Virus record (IMG/VR): IMGVR_UViG_3300037466_002257
Reading direction: 5' to 3' (one strand)
DNA: 64,000 nucleotides
Source of the DNA: an uncultured virus (IMG/VR IMGVR_UViG_3300037466_002257)
Lineage: Duplodnaviria; Heunggongvirae; Uroviricota; Caudoviricetes
Part shown: piece by piece, positions 39,901 to 48,997 of the stretch
Layout of the letters: every line of letters begins with the position of its first letter
Numbering within the stretch: the stretch's first letter is position 1
The notes under the pieces: generated by a model
Told to the model about the DNA's origin: nothing
Databases searched by the model: none
What the model saw: only the letters and a program-made list of their open reading frames with translations
Made by a program: the position numbers and the translations under genes

Positions 39901-40398
39901 GTTCCAGACCTCGATCAGGGCGCCGTGCTCGTTCACGCCGTTCAGCGCCGACAGGTCGTTGTCGAAGGTCGCGATGGTCAGCGGACTGCGGGTGTGCTTG
40001 GCGAGCCAGGCGAGCGTGTCGTCACCTTCGGCCATCGGCTGACGGCAGGCGAGGGCGCCGAGGTCGTGCCACGTTTTCTCCAGCATCTCGCGCAGCTTGC
40101 CGAACTCGATGTAGGCCTCGGGCGGGCGGCTGTCGCGCGTCTGCTTGTAGGTCTTGTCGATCATCGTGCGCCGGGCCTTGGAGTTCATGCCCTCGTACAC
40201 GAAGATGCAGTTGATCGGCTGCATGCCGGTCTCACGCAGCACGCGGCACAGCGAGTTGATGACGTTCTCGTAGCCGTACATGGCCGTGGCAACAAGGACC
40301 TTCTTGCCCTCGTGCTCGACCTCGATGCCGTCGGGGTCCTTCCCGGCCAGCAGCGCCCGCCACATGAAGCTGGACGCGTCGATTGCCAGTCTCTTCAT
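36964..40398 (-). CDS. polA: DNA polymerase I (family A) with 5'-3' and 3'-5' exonuclease domains
   Basis: N-terminal IDAS, EGDD, DNDL, LVGDSSDNIKG; FDIES/HN/YGCDD exo motifs; DFNAQELR, RARGKKTNFTTEYG, IHDE. Confidence 0.95.
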   Translation of the reverse strand: MKRLAIDASSFMWRALLAGKDPDGIEVEHEGKKVLVATAMYGYENVINSLCRVLRETGMQPINCIFVYEGMNSKARRTMIDKTYKQTRDSRPPEAYIEFGKLREMLEKTWHDLGALACRQPMAEGDDTLAWLAKHTRSPLTIATFDNDLSALNGVNEHGALIEVWNDGLVGVNKYGTFAHHLITVYKALVGDSSDNIKGCEGFGPKAWADFCAAYGEDGLQELYDMLDAGRLDPALHEMAQEMNGKKVAHPLIRKICDQEEQVIRCFKLAKLHPEWVETRTHALEWTAGVVLEAPSPCDERLKQWYQQKVLVTADNFAEVLNACLPHVKKSPFLAFDIESSSADESDEWLAAQGDPDGVDQIGSTLTGFSFTFGANMNRTIYVSVDHANTKNIRMSQARFMIEAFTNQHPDLRVSVDHDLVIHNNHFELPVIYMAQDEDGTYWRDHWAENGFHGFLPRSLDTKLEASYVNENEALGLKHRSMLHLGYKQVEYDDVTTLRGHDLPPGGREIGVQEVDGVEVEVRRYKMRELPATHVFDYGCDDTICTAAQHVFYRLIMELEGTWDIYREVEIDASYLHALNFVRGLAFSLQTCRELEKADDKVYDMAWGKLRAFLIEKEWDGTVPPVFTKDITLPEIKQAFNIVTGDTLDTAVRTVSKLVKMLRDEGADEFAGMLEACAASEEGAMQFTAWVTSHFKPEPTLNMDSPKQIQKLLYETMALPVQIRNKPTPAMKQRGEKGSPKTDELAIRYSMRVASPEIKEILDCIWLVRMVGTRRELYYTKYPYFVHWKTGRIHPSHNQCATNTRRASESKPNKQQLPKHQKVELATITDAEIKASVTPRFREAILPHHEDAVVVSMDFNAQELRNIGEQSQDPNLIACYVGENKKDMHSITGHAILLALKASEYGEMTYEEFAGYVRQRDLDKEFKKTELGQLIGDFRARGKKTNFTTEYGAMAPKLAATMLVTEEEAQMFIDAREAAFPRVAEWKEEIIEEAKNNGFVCTMMGARRHLRAALDSDNFMDASKAERQAVNFKVQGSCGEQTKLAEGRMWRDGIFFEFDAVSYGPIHDEVVSSCAIKDLKPFIKRKHAAMVANYAGMQVPIVSSISFGPNFGVQFEIGEEPTDEAIDKGLEAYFAYLKGEKVAA

Positions 40399-40667
40399 CG
40401 CCGTTTCTCCTTTCGTGTTTGGCAGTCCACGCAGCGCACCTTGCCCATCGCAAGGCGGGCCTGCGGGATCGCGGTGCCACAGTCGTCCTCGACGCAGTGC
40501 ACCCCGTCGAAGCCGGGGTGCTGCTCGGCCTCCAACGCCTTGCGCACCTCCTCGACGCCGCGCTTGTTGAACTCGTCCTGCAGCTCGGCCGCGAAGTCGA
40601 GCTGGTCGGTGTTGCGGCTACGGTTCACGTAGCCGAGGTCCATCTTCGTGTCGTCGCCTGGACTCAC
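40395..40667 (-). CDS. DksA/TraR-family C4 zinc-finger protein
   Basis: DQLDFA acidic tip, CVEDDCGTAIPQARL...CVDCQ. Confidence 0.8.
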   Translation of the reverse strand: MSPGDDTKMDLGYVNRSRNTDQLDFAAELQDEFNKRGVEEVRKALEAEQHPGFDGVHCVEDDCGTAIPQARLAMGKVRCVDCQTRKEKRR

Positions 40668-41194
40668 AGGTACTCCCCGAGCACCGCCCCGAGCTTGTCG
40701 TGCAGCGCGTCGATGCCTTGGGCGTCGTTCCAGACGGTCACGTCGCCGGGGAAGAAGGCCAGCGGCTGCTCACTTGCGTGCTGCAAAGTGCCTTCGTGCT
40801 TGCGGCCCCGCAGGTGCACCACAAGGCCGCCCGTCTCGCGGATCATCTTGGCCTCGTTCTCGAAGCGCACGTCGGTGATGACGAAGCGGCTGTCGGGGTC
40901 GGCCGCGACCTTCGACATCGCCAGCTTCGTCCACAGCTCGGAATCGACCATGTTGCGGCCCCACTCGGTGCCGATGGTCTGCCCGAGGAAGCGCCACGAC
41001 TTGCCCAGCCACGGGATCACGGCCTCCTTCTCGGCTTGCGTCGTCGGGCGCCCGAAGCCCATCGCTTCGAGGCCGTCGTAGATGGGCGCTGCGAACGACA
41101 GGCGCTTGAAGCCGTGCTGCTCGATCAGGTACGCGCCGCTCGTGTCCTTGCCCGAGCCTGCGGGGCCGTGGAATCCAATGAGTTGCTTCTTCAT
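40664..41194 (-). CDS. Deoxynucleoside monophosphate kinase
   Basis: GPAGSGKDT, SFAAP, QTIGTEWGR, ITDVRFENE, HASE. Confidence 0.9.
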   Translation of the reverse strand: MKKQLIGFHGPAGSGKDTSGAYLIEQHGFKRLSFAAPIYDGLEAMGFGRPTTQAEKEAVIPWLGKSWRFLGQTIGTEWGRNMVDSELWTKLAMSKVAADPDSRFVITDVRFENEAKMIRETGGLVVHLRGRKHEGTLQHASEQPLAFFPGDVTVWNDAQGIDALHDKLGAVLGEYL

Positions 41195-41208
41195 GTTGTG
41201 CTCCTCCT

Positions 41209-41703
41209 TCAGAGCGTGGTGAGGTCGCGCGGTTGGTACGCGCCCGTGTCGTGGTGGATGGCAAGCTGGCAGGCACCGATGCCGAAGGCGTGGTACATGC
41301 TGATGATCGAGGGCAGGTCGTCGAAGGCGCCGACGATGTCGAAGACGGGGACGCGATGCATGTTCAGCAGGGCGCACAGCATGTCGCGCTTGACCTGCAC
41401 GGGCGTGCCTTCGTCGTCGTCCGGGCGCATGAAGACAATCGGATGCTCGATGGCGAGGTGCCGCTGAACCCACTCCGTCGTGAGCGCCCTCCAGCGCTCA
41501 CGACGGCCGGTGAAGAACACCGGTTGGGCGAAGCGTTGCATGAATTTGAACTCGGTGACGTGATGCGGCTTGTCGTGCAGCATCTGCGAGTCGTATTCAC
41601 GGTAGCGCTCGGCACCTTCGACTGTGAAGTTGATGAGGGGCTGACGCCACTTGTCGTCGGCCAGGCAGTTATCCAAGTCCCAAATGGACCACTTCGTCGT
41701 CAT
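41209..41703 (-). CDS. HAD-family phosphatase (PNKP phosphatase-like)
   Basis: DLDNCL, FTGR, MRP, K, FDD motifs. Confidence 0.8.
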   Translation of the reverse strand: MTTKWSIWDLDNCLADDKWRQPLINFTVEGAERYREYDSQMLHDKPHHVTEFKFMQRFAQPVFFTGRRERWRALTTEWVQRHLAIEHPIVFMRPDDDEGTPVQVKRDMLCALLNMHRVPVFDIVGAFDDLPSIISMYHAFGIGACQLAIHHDTGAYQPRDLTTL

Positions 41704-42713
41704 TTTTTCCTTTCTTCTTCAAGGAGAAGGTACAGCCCCTCTCTCAGTTTCTCCCTGGAACGATCGGTCATCGCCGGAGGAATCCGGTCGGCCGAGAACA
41801 GCTTGCGCTTGAACGCCGAGGGCGCAAGGATTTCCGGCACCAGCAAGGCGCGGATCGCGACGACGCGGGCGCGGTCGCTGATGGCGAACGCCTGCGACAC
41901 CTCGATAGCCTCCTGAATGGTCTTCAGGCGGTGCTCGTTGACGCGCTGCGCGACGTGCAGGTGGCTGATGGCCGCCTGCAGCTCCGGCAGATGCTTGCCG
42001 TTGGCGAGCACGCGCAGCGCCTGCAGCGCCATGTCCACGCCGTCGAAGTCCTGCACCATGTCCTTGTGCGACCACGCAACGGAGCGCAACTTGGCAAGCA
42101 GGTCGTAGTCGCAGCCGTTGAAGGGCACGCCGCGCGTGATGCGCATCAGGTCCTGCACCATGCCGCTGACCGGCAGGTCCCATTGGTCGCCCTCGACGAT
42201 GGGCAGGCCGTCGCGCACGCCGATCTCGTGGCCCTCTTCGGTCACCACGTAGAAGTTGTCCTCGTCATCGACGATCTCCTGCACGGGGCAGGCGAGCGAG
42301 ATCACGAAGGCCGCTTCGATGGACAGGCGGGCACCGACGTACTCATCGACTTGCGGAAAGCCCTCGGGTGCGGTGAACCAATACAGGCGCTCGCCCTGCG
42401 TCACCTTCGGCAGGCAGTACGACAGGGCGCGGTAGCCGTGGTGGCTGCAGACCTTGTAGGGCGCGTGGCGGATGGTGCGCATCACGTCCACCCACATTTC
42501 GTAGACCTTGTCGGGGTTGACGAAGGGCGGGCGCGATTGCAGGTACTGCGCGACCGGTGCGCCGTGCAGCATCACGTCGGAGCGCAGCGGCGGCACCTGC
42601 CACACGAGGTCGGTGTGCTCAATCGTCCCGCCCAAAAGTTCCTTCTGCGTGACGCCCGCCAGAGCCAGCGCCCGGATGACGGGCTTGATGAGCGAGACGG
42701 TGAGCTGGCTCAT
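41700..42713 (-). CDS. Hypothetical protein, 337 aa
   Basis: Coupled overlaps at both ends; no motif recognised. Confidence 0.75.
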   Translation of the reverse strand: MSQLTVSLIKPVIRALALAGVTQKELLGGTIEHTDLVWQVPPLRSDVMLHGAPVAQYLQSRPPFVNPDKVYEMWVDVMRTIRHAPYKVCSHHGYRALSYCLPKVTQGERLYWFTAPEGFPQVDEYVGARLSIEAAFVISLACPVQEIVDDEDNFYVVTEEGHEIGVRDGLPIVEGDQWDLPVSGMVQDLMRITRGVPFNGCDYDLLAKLRSVAWSHKDMVQDFDGVDMALQALRVLANGKHLPELQAAISHLHVAQRVNEHRLKTIQEAIEVSQAFAISDRARVVAIRALLVPEILAPSAFKRKLFSADRIPPAMTDRSREKLREGLYLLLEEERKK

Positions 42714-43093
42714 GCCTTCTCCGCGACTTCCAAACGCCCCTGCGTGTCCGTGCGGATCACCAGCTCGTTCACCTCGGCGTAGTGTGCGAGCTTGGTGAGC
42801 ACACCCTGCATCGCCGCCTTCACATCGTCACGCGACCTGCCGGGCTTGGGCATGACCTGCATGTAGACGGGCGGGTGCCCGCTGCCGATGACACCCAGGC
42901 GGATGTCTGCAAGGTTGAGCGCCAGCGAGATCGGCTCGAAACCTTCCAGCTCCCAGCAGCTCTCCATCTTCGCAGGCTGCTGGTCACGCATGTCGTGGAT
43001 CGACAGCGCGCCACACGGGCCGTCGCGCTGCTCGTTCCAGCCGAGCGGGGCGCCGAGGTAGCGCGTGTGCTGCGGGTGCGTGACGAACTTCAT
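42710..43093 (-). CDS. Hypothetical protein
   Basis: 127 aa LGAPLGW...CGALSI...GHPPV. Confidence 0.65.
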   Translation of the reverse strand: MKFVTHPQHTRYLGAPLGWNEQRDGPCGALSIHDMRDQQPAKMESCWELEGFEPISLALNLADIRLGVIGSGHPPVYMQVMPKPGRSRDDVKAAMQGVLTKLAHYAEVNELVIRTDTQGRLEVAEKA

Positions 43094-43689
43094 GCAGACC
43101 TCACTTGCAGGTCCGCTTCCAGCCCGTTGCGCTCGGCCGCCGTGTCGCGGTTCAGCGCGGCGTAGTCGCTGTACTTGTCGCCGTAGCGCTTGGCGAGCTT
43201 GTTCACGTTCGCCGTGAGCGAGGCCGACAGGTCGAGGCCGAAGCGCCCGTACAGCACGCCCATCTCGAAGCACAGCGCGTTGACGTAGTGCGGGCCGCTG
43301 TCGCGCGTGTCGCCGCCGAAGACCATCAGCGAGTCCAGGTTGAGCGCCACGTTGCGCTGCACGCGCACCACGAGACGGATGTCCGACATGCCCAAGTAGT
43401 CCGGGTTGTCCTTCACGGCCCGCACACCGTCATTGAAGCAACGCTCCATGATGGCGATCCCGGCCCGCGTCTCGGGCTGCAGGCCGACGATGTACCACCA
43501 GCAGTCCCCGCCTTCTTCGGCGAGGTTCACGAGGTCCAGCGGCTTGCCGTAGATGACGTGCTTCTTCACGGCGTCGGCGATCTCGCCCAGCTCGCCGGTC
43601 ACACCGATTGCCATGTGCTCGATGTGCGCCGCAAGCGGCAGCTCCTTCAGCGTGCGACGCGCCAGCGGCTGGTACTGTTCGAGGTTCAC
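43090..43689 (-). CDS. MazG-like nucleotide pyrophosphohydrolase
   Basis: GELGEIADAVKK...EEGGDCWWY...NVNKLAKRY. Confidence 0.85.
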   Translation of the reverse strand: MNLEQYQPLARRTLKELPLAAHIEHMAIGVTGELGEIADAVKKHVIYGKPLDLVNLAEEGGDCWWYIVGLQPETRAGIAIMERCFNDGVRAVKDNPDYLGMSDIRLVVRVQRNVALNLDSLMVFGGDTRDSGPHYVNALCFEMGVLYGRFGLDLSASLTANVNKLAKRYGDKYSDYAALNRDTAAERNGLEADLQVRSA

Positions 43690-44384
43690 TTGGAAGTTCC
43701 TTTTTTCAGGTTGAGTTGGTAGTCGGCAGCGCCGACCAATTCGAGGCTGCGCCTCAAATTCGGATCGAGATCGAGCTTCGACAGCCACTCGCGGTAGCCC
43801 TTGGGCAGCTCCGCAAGCAGCAGGCCTTTGTGCTTGCCCCAAGGCATGCGGTGCACCATCTCAAACGGGGTCTTGACGTGCTGCACGATGGAGCGGCCCG
43901 AGCGCGGGATCATGTGCAGCAGTGCCTGGTGCGTCGTCACCACGTCGCCCATCGCGCGGTGGGCCGTGCCGCCTTCGAGCTGCAGGTGCGCCCGCAGCGT
44001 CTGCAGCTTGTGGTTCTCGAGGTCGGGGAACATCTTCTGCACGAGCGGCAGCACGTCCCACGACTTCACGAAGTTGGTGAAGCAGTGCTTGAGCATCGGC
44101 TCGTCGAATGCGACGCGGTAGCCGATCAGGTAGGCGTCGCCGTCGATGGTGCCGCCGAAGGTGTCCTGCAGCCACTCCTCGAACGTGGGGCAGTCCTTGA
44201 CCATCTCGTCGCTGATGCCGTGAATCTCGGCGGCGGTGGGGTCGATGGGTTTGCCGGGGTTCAGGAGTGCTTCGGCCGTGCCGAGGATGTTCAGGTCCTC
44301 GTCGATCTCCATGAGCGCAAGGTCGCACGCCTTGCGGTCCTTTTCGAGGCCGGTCGTTTCAGTGTCGCCGATGAACAGGCGCAT
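43686..44384 (-). CDS. DEDDh 3'-5' exonuclease (ExoX/DnaQ-like)
   Basis: DTETTG, IHGI, FD, HRAMGD; C-terminal MPWGKHKG...YREWL. Confidence 0.88.
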   Translation of the reverse strand: MRLFIGDTETTGLEKDRKACDLALMEIDEDLNILGTAEALLNPGKPIDPTAAEIHGISDEMVKDCPTFEEWLQDTFGGTIDGDAYLIGYRVAFDEPMLKHCFTNFVKSWDVLPLVQKMFPDLENHKLQTLRAHLQLEGGTAHRAMGDVVTTHQALLHMIPRSGRSIVQHVKTPFEMVHRMPWGKHKGLLLAELPKGYREWLSKLDLDPNLRRSLELVGAADYQLNLKKGTSK

Positions 44385-44396
44385 GAAGGTCCTTTC

Positions 44397-44426
44397 AAAA
44401 AGGGACCCTCGTTTCCGAGGGTCCCT
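44397..44426 (-). terminator. Intrinsic terminator after putative SSB
   Basis: minus strand AGGGACCCTCG-GAAA-CGAGGGTCCC-TTTTT. Confidence 0.85.
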
Positions 44427-44450
44427 GCAGTTGCCGCTTGCGTGTGTCGA

Positions 44451-45272
44451 TCAGGCCTCGGGCAGGATCGTCGGCTCGAACAGCACCTTCGTCCACGAGT
44501 CGGTGCCCTTCGTGGCGATCTCGGTCTTCATGGTCATCAGCGACACCTGCTCGGCCGTCAGGATGCCCTTGCCGACCTTGTAGGCGCAGCCCAGGCGGTA
44601 CTTGTCGAACTCCTTCTTCGAGGTGTTCGACAGGTCGATCTGGACCATCTCGCCTTGCAGGCGGCTGTCCTTCTCGGTGCCTTCGAGGATGCCGACGATC
44701 ACCACACGCTGCGTCAGCTTCGCGTTCTTGTACCCCAGCTCGTTCTTGAGCATGTTCAGGAACTCGATGCAGTCTTCGCCCTTGTTGGTGATCTTGCCGT
44801 CATCGGAGTAGCGCACGTACTCGGCGGCCTCGGCGCCGGAGACGCCGGGGCTGATCTGCCACAGGTCCTGCCACGACAGGAGCCGGAGCTGGATCGTCTC
44901 GCCCATGTTGGCCTTCTGCTTGCCCACGTCGAGGAACTTGCCGTTGTTCGCCTGCACGCGGTCCAGCGTGTCCCAGTCCACCCGGTAGGCGTTCTTGGCC
45001 GCTTCGATCACGTCCATGAGCTGCAGCGACGGAGCGGCCACGACGGCGGTCTGCTTGGGGGCAGCGACGGCGCGGGACTCGGACGGCTGCGGCGCAGCGG
45101 CCGGAGCAGGGGCAGGGGCAGCAGCGGGTGCCGACGCCGTCGGGGTATCGACGACTGCGGTGTCACCGCCCGGCTCGTCCTCGAACTTGCCAGCAGCACC
45201 GCTCAGGGTCGCGCCCTTCTCGGGCACGGGAGCAGCGGCAGCGCGGTCGGAGTTCTTCTTAATCAAACCCAT
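44451..45272 (-). CDS. Highly expressed replication protein, possibly ssDNA-binding
   Basis: 273 aa with own promoter and terminator next to primase; Ala/Pro-rich N-terminus; function inferred from context only. Confidence 0.45.
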   Translation of the reverse strand: MGLIKKNSDRAAAAPVPEKGATLSGAAGKFEDEPGGDTAVVDTPTASAPAAAPAPAPAAAPQPSESRAVAAPKQTAVVAAPSLQLMDVIEAAKNAYRVDWDTLDRVQANNGKFLDVGKQKANMGETIQLRLLSWQDLWQISPGVSGAEAAEYVRYSDDGKITNKGEDCIEFLNMLKNELGYKNAKLTQRVVIVGILEGTEKDSRLQGEMVQIDLSNTSKKEFDKYRLGCAYKVGKGILTAEQVSLMTMKTEIATKGTDSWTKVLFEPTILPEA

Positions 45273-45361
45273 GATGTTTCTCTCTTTCAGTATCGTCTTC
45301 GTTGTGACCGTTCTTGGCGATCTCTACCCCCAGTGGAAGCGCTGAGGAACCGCTCATCCGT

Positions 45362-45389
45362 ATTATCTAAAATACGGAAATTCTGTCAA
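45362..45389 (-). promoter_or_regulatory. Sigma70-type promoter
   Basis: TTGACA-16-GATAAT; -35 contains the primase stop codon; CCGTATT/AATACGG inverted repeat over -10. Confidence 0.7.
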
Positions 45390-48385
45390 GCCTTGAAGGG
45401 CGTCACGCCCAGCTCGGCCAGCCGCTGCACGTCGAAGGTGAAGACGTTGGGCATCTTCAGCTTCACGCCCATCGCCTGCCCCTTCATCAGGGCCGGGCAG
45501 TCGCGCATCGCGAACATGAACTGCTGGTCGCCCGAGAACAGGATCTTCGACTTCGTCGTGTTGGCGTACCTGCGGTACTTCAGGTAGGCCGTGCGGATGT
45601 TCAATTCGAGGAAGTCGCGCCCGCCTTCGGTGCGCAGCGCATACTCGTGACCGGGGCGGATCGCCTCGGGCGCCGCGCCATCGACGTTCCACGACATGTC
45701 CGCAAGCTGCAGCATGACCTTCGCCCACTCGGGCTGCGTCACGCTTGCAAGGTCGGACATGCGGTCGAACACCGAGGCCTCCAGCTTGCCGAGCAGCTCG
45801 CGAAACTCCTGCTCGCCGTAGATCGCCTCGACCAGGCTGCGCCACTTGCGCATGCCGAACGCGGCGACGCTGTAGTTGAAGACGCTGCGCTCCTTCGCGC
45901 TGGACTTCTCGGCGAGCTGCTCGGGGCTGAGCTGGCCCACGTCGTCGTCCTGCAAAAGGTACTTTTTGCGGGCCGCGTTGAAGAGCGGGTCGAACTCGTC
46001 GCGCAGCTTGTCGATGCTGCTCTCGTTCACCGCCTCGGTCGCGAGGTAGGAGCCGAGGATCGCGAGCAGCTTCTGGTTGCGCTGCAGCACGTTGAAGTGT
46101 GCAAGCTGGCGCTGTGCCAGCGACGAGGCGGGCTTGCTGATCGTCACGAGCACGACGCGCTCTGCCACCGCCGACTCCTCCTCGGCCGCTTCGGCGATGA
46201 ACACCGCAGGCGCCGAGAGCTGCGTGGAGTGCAGCATGCGGTAGTCGTCCGACTCACGCGTGCCGCCGCCCTTGGTCACGTCGCGACAGTTGTACGCGTC
46301 GCGGAACATCAGCTTCAGGCGGTTGTGGTACTCCACCGTCATCTCGTGCGGCTTGTACTCGTCGATGATGAGCGGGATCGAGGCCGAGCCGCTCATGTGC
46401 TGCGTGATCGAGAAGAACGTCGAGACCGGCGAGGTCATCTTCGGCTCTTGGTTGTAGAAGAACAGGTGCGCCAGCGCCAGGTTCATCTCGGTCTTGCCGC
46501 TGCCCGCAGGCCCGTTGATGTGCAGCAGCGGGAACTTGCCGTAGGCACGGTGGAACAGCATGCGGTAGAACGCCGCCACGTACCAGCCGATCATCTTGGC
46601 GACCACGCCCGGCTGCTGCATCTGCATCGTGCTCACCAGCACGTCGCGCAGCACGTCCTTGTTGGTGCCCTCGTCGATCCACTGCGCAAGCGCCGGGGCA
46701 TCGTGCAGGTCCGAGCGGAACACGCCGCGCGGGTCGGGGTAGCCTTGGAAGCACACGTCGAGGCCCGTCTCCCGCACGCGCGGATCGAGCAGCACGCCAG
46801 CCTGCGACGCATACACCATGAACGGCTCGCGCAGCTCGGTCTTCTCGTGGTTCGGGATGTTGACCAGGTCAAGGCCCTCCCGCTTGGCGATGTAAAGCAT
46901 CTTGCCCTTCTTCTTGCCCTCCTCCACGAAGCGCATCATCAAGCCTCGAATGTGCTGCTCGGCGCCCTGCATGGCGTGACCGAAGCGGACGAGGAAGCGG
47001 TTGAACATGACGAGCGAGGAGAACGTGTCCAGCTCCATCGTGTGGCGGCCCACGCCCTTGCCGTTGACCATCACCTCGGCCTCGTAGGCGGTGATGTTGC
47101 CGGTGTCCATCGAGTACAGCAGGTGCACGTTGCGAAACGACACCGCGCAGATGCGCTTCTTGCCGTTCTCGGTGTCCACGTAGACGCCGTAGCGGGCCAT
47201 CGTCACGCCGCCCGTCACGTCCTCGTACTCGTCGGGCGCCTTCACCGCGTCGCTGGCCGCCGTCGCCTCGGCATCGGCGATCACCTCGACGATGTCCTTT
47301 TCGGAGACCGGCAGGTTGTCCAGGTCAGGCGCCTCGTGCACGAGGATCGACTTGATGGCGCCCACGCTGAACTCGTAGCCGGGGTTGTCCAGCATGTAGT
47401 CGTACAGGCGCAGCAGCTCGGCGCGGCGCTTGTCCGGCGTGTTGTAGCGGTCGCCGTCGCTCACATGGTTCTGCACCAGCGGCTCGCACTCGGCGATCAT
47501 GTCCTCGGGCTTCATGCCCGCAGCGACGGCGGCGATGGTGACCTGCATCGCGATCTGGTGGAAGCCCACGTCGGCCTTGATGCCCCGGCCCTGCATCATC
47601 AGCATGACCGAAGGCATCGAGGCCTTCTTCTTCGCTTCGGGGTCGCGCTTGCGCTTGGAGCGCTGCGCAAGGCGCTCCTCGATCTTCTGCTGCGCAGTGA
47701 CGTACAGCAGATGCAGGTCCACGTTGAACTCGGGAGCGTGCAGCGCGAACGGCTCGCGCGGCATGCCGCACAGCGCGTCGTAGCGCTTCTGCACCAGCTC
47801 GCGCAGCTCGTCGCGCGGCAGCTCGGCCTCGGCGTCGGTGGGTTCGAGTGCGCGAAGTTCCTTTGCGCTGACCTGCACCTTGAAGAGGCCGTTGTCGGGG
47901 CGCTTGACGTTCGGCACGCGCCACATGCGCCCCTTGCCCTGCGAGTAGATTTTCAGGTCGAGCGTGTCAACGGCCAGCTCGTACACCATCTCCTTGTAGA
48001 TGTACGGCAAGCCGACCACGCCCGCCTTGGGCACCTTCTCCATGAAGAGCTGCATCGGCAGCTCCGCGTGGAAGCCCTTCTTGCCGGTCGCATAGAACGC
48101 GATGGCATCCAGGTTCAGGCCCATCGCCTCGAATTTGTCGAGGACTTCGTTGACCTTGCGCACCGACTTCGTGATGTCGGTGGAGTCCCAGTCGAGGTAG
48201 AAGGGGCCGCTGTACGCCAGCTTGTCCTTCTCGCCTGCTTCCAGGCCGTCCACCAGCTTGCTCACCGCAAGCACGGTGGTGAACACGGCGCCGGTCTCGC
48301 GCAGGACCTTGTCCTTCTGCGAAACCGGCACCGGCTTCCATGCCGATTCTTTTTCAGCGCCTTGCCAGTAGACGTAATTCGGCAT
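45386..48385 (-). CDS. Primase-helicase (AEP primase-polymerase plus P-loop ATPase)
   Basis: FYLDWD, TGKKGFH, RMWRVPN; GPAGSGKT, IIDEYK. Confidence 0.88.
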   Translation of the reverse strand: MPNYVYWQGAEKESAWKPVPVSQKDKVLRETGAVFTTVLAVSKLVDGLEAGEKDKLAYSGPFYLDWDSTDITKSVRKVNEVLDKFEAMGLNLDAIAFYATGKKGFHAELPMQLFMEKVPKAGVVGLPYIYKEMVYELAVDTLDLKIYSQGKGRMWRVPNVKRPDNGLFKVQVSAKELRALEPTDAEAELPRDELRELVQKRYDALCGMPREPFALHAPEFNVDLHLLYVTAQQKIEERLAQRSKRKRDPEAKKKASMPSVMLMMQGRGIKADVGFHQIAMQVTIAAVAAGMKPEDMIAECEPLVQNHVSDGDRYNTPDKRRAELLRLYDYMLDNPGYEFSVGAIKSILVHEAPDLDNLPVSEKDIVEVIADAEATAASDAVKAPDEYEDVTGGVTMARYGVYVDTENGKKRICAVSFRNVHLLYSMDTGNITAYEAEVMVNGKGVGRHTMELDTFSSLVMFNRFLVRFGHAMQGAEQHIRGLMMRFVEEGKKKGKMLYIAKREGLDLVNIPNHEKTELREPFMVYASQAGVLLDPRVRETGLDVCFQGYPDPRGVFRSDLHDAPALAQWIDEGTNKDVLRDVLVSTMQMQQPGVVAKMIGWYVAAFYRMLFHRAYGKFPLLHINGPAGSGKTEMNLALAHLFFYNQEPKMTSPVSTFFSITQHMSGSASIPLIIDEYKPHEMTVEYHNRLKLMFRDAYNCRDVTKGGGTRESDDYRMLHSTQLSAPAVFIAEAAEEESAVAERVVLVTISKPASSLAQRQLAHFNVLQRNQKLLAILGSYLATEAVNESSIDKLRDEFDPLFNAARKKYLLQDDDVGQLSPEQLAEKSSAKERSVFNYSVAAFGMRKWRSLVEAIYGEQEFRELLGKLEASVFDRMSDLASVTQPEWAKVMLQLADMSWNVDGAAPEAIRPGHEYALRTEGGRDFLELNIRTAYLKYRRYANTTKSKILFSGDQQFMFAMRDCPALMKGQAMGVKLKMPNVFTFDVQRLAELGVTPFKA

Positions 48386-48387
48386 GT

Positions 48388-48903
48388 TCAGACGGTTTCT
48401 TCATTCGTGTTGTAGTGCTCGGCGAACTTCTTCGCCGTGCTGATGTAGTGCGCTCCCTCGACGAGGGGGTCGTTCAGACCACGCGCCGTGTTGATGTGGA
48501 ACGTCACGCCCAGCTTGCGGGGGCCGCCCGAGTCGCGCCAGTTCACGGGCGTCCAGCGCACCTCGCTCACGCCGGAGACCCAAAAGAAAACGTCCAGACC
48601 TTCGGGTCTGGACGGCTTCTGGCCGATGGTGAAGCGCTGGCCGCGTGCACGCTCGAAGGTGAGCTGCAGGCCGCCAGCGAGGGCGGCCTGCACGTCGGCA
48701 AGCCGGATGGTGTCGATGACCTCGGGGCGCCCGTCCTTCACGCAGAAGACGACGAAGGCGCTGTCGGGGCTGGCAAGCAGCCGCGTGATGTGGTGGAAGG
48801 AGAAGTAGCGCTCCCGCTCGGCTTCGGGGAGCAGGCGGGCCGCATGATTGGCCCACCGGTATTCAAAAGAAGGAAAGCGCTCGGCAGTTGTTGTTTCGCT
48901 CAT
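48388..48903 (-). CDS. Hypothetical protein
   Basis: 171 aa between promoter and primase. Confidence 0.65.
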   Translation of the reverse strand: MSETTTAERFPSFEYRWANHAARLLPEAERERYFSFHHITRLLASPDSAFVVFCVKDGRPEVIDTIRLADVQAALAGGLQLTFERARGQRFTIGQKPSRPEGLDVFFWVSGVSEVRWTPVNWRDSGGPRKLGVTFHINTARGLNDPLVEGAHYISTAKKFAEHYNTNEETV

Positions 48904-48952
48904 AGGCCCTCGACACACTCATCCGTTGGCTCATGCTCAACAGAAGGCGCGA

Positions 48953-48982
48953 ATTGTCGAGGACGTAGGAGAAGTCTGTCAA
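48953..48982 (-). promoter_or_regulatory. Sigma70-type promoter
   Basis: TTGACA-18-GACAAT; GCTCAACA box downstream. Confidence 0.6.
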
Positions 48983-48997
48983 GACGTAAGAACGCGC

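Noticed and set aside
36934..40632. 1232-aa + strand ORF and similar long antisense ORFs (45647-48415 +, 13935-16940 -, 22727-25498 -, 6343-8832 -)
   Set aside because: Shadow frames of GC-rich genes on the opposite strand; no motifs or RBS
34375..44384. Z-base, 7-deazaguanine or hypermodified-thymidine pathway
   Set aside because: No PurZ, DpdA/QueCDE/FolE or dUMP hydroxymethylase recognised; ThyX implies ordinary dTMP
36964..48385. Inteins or introns in PolA or primase
   Set aside because: Lengths explained by domain fusion; no splice-junction or homing motifs seen
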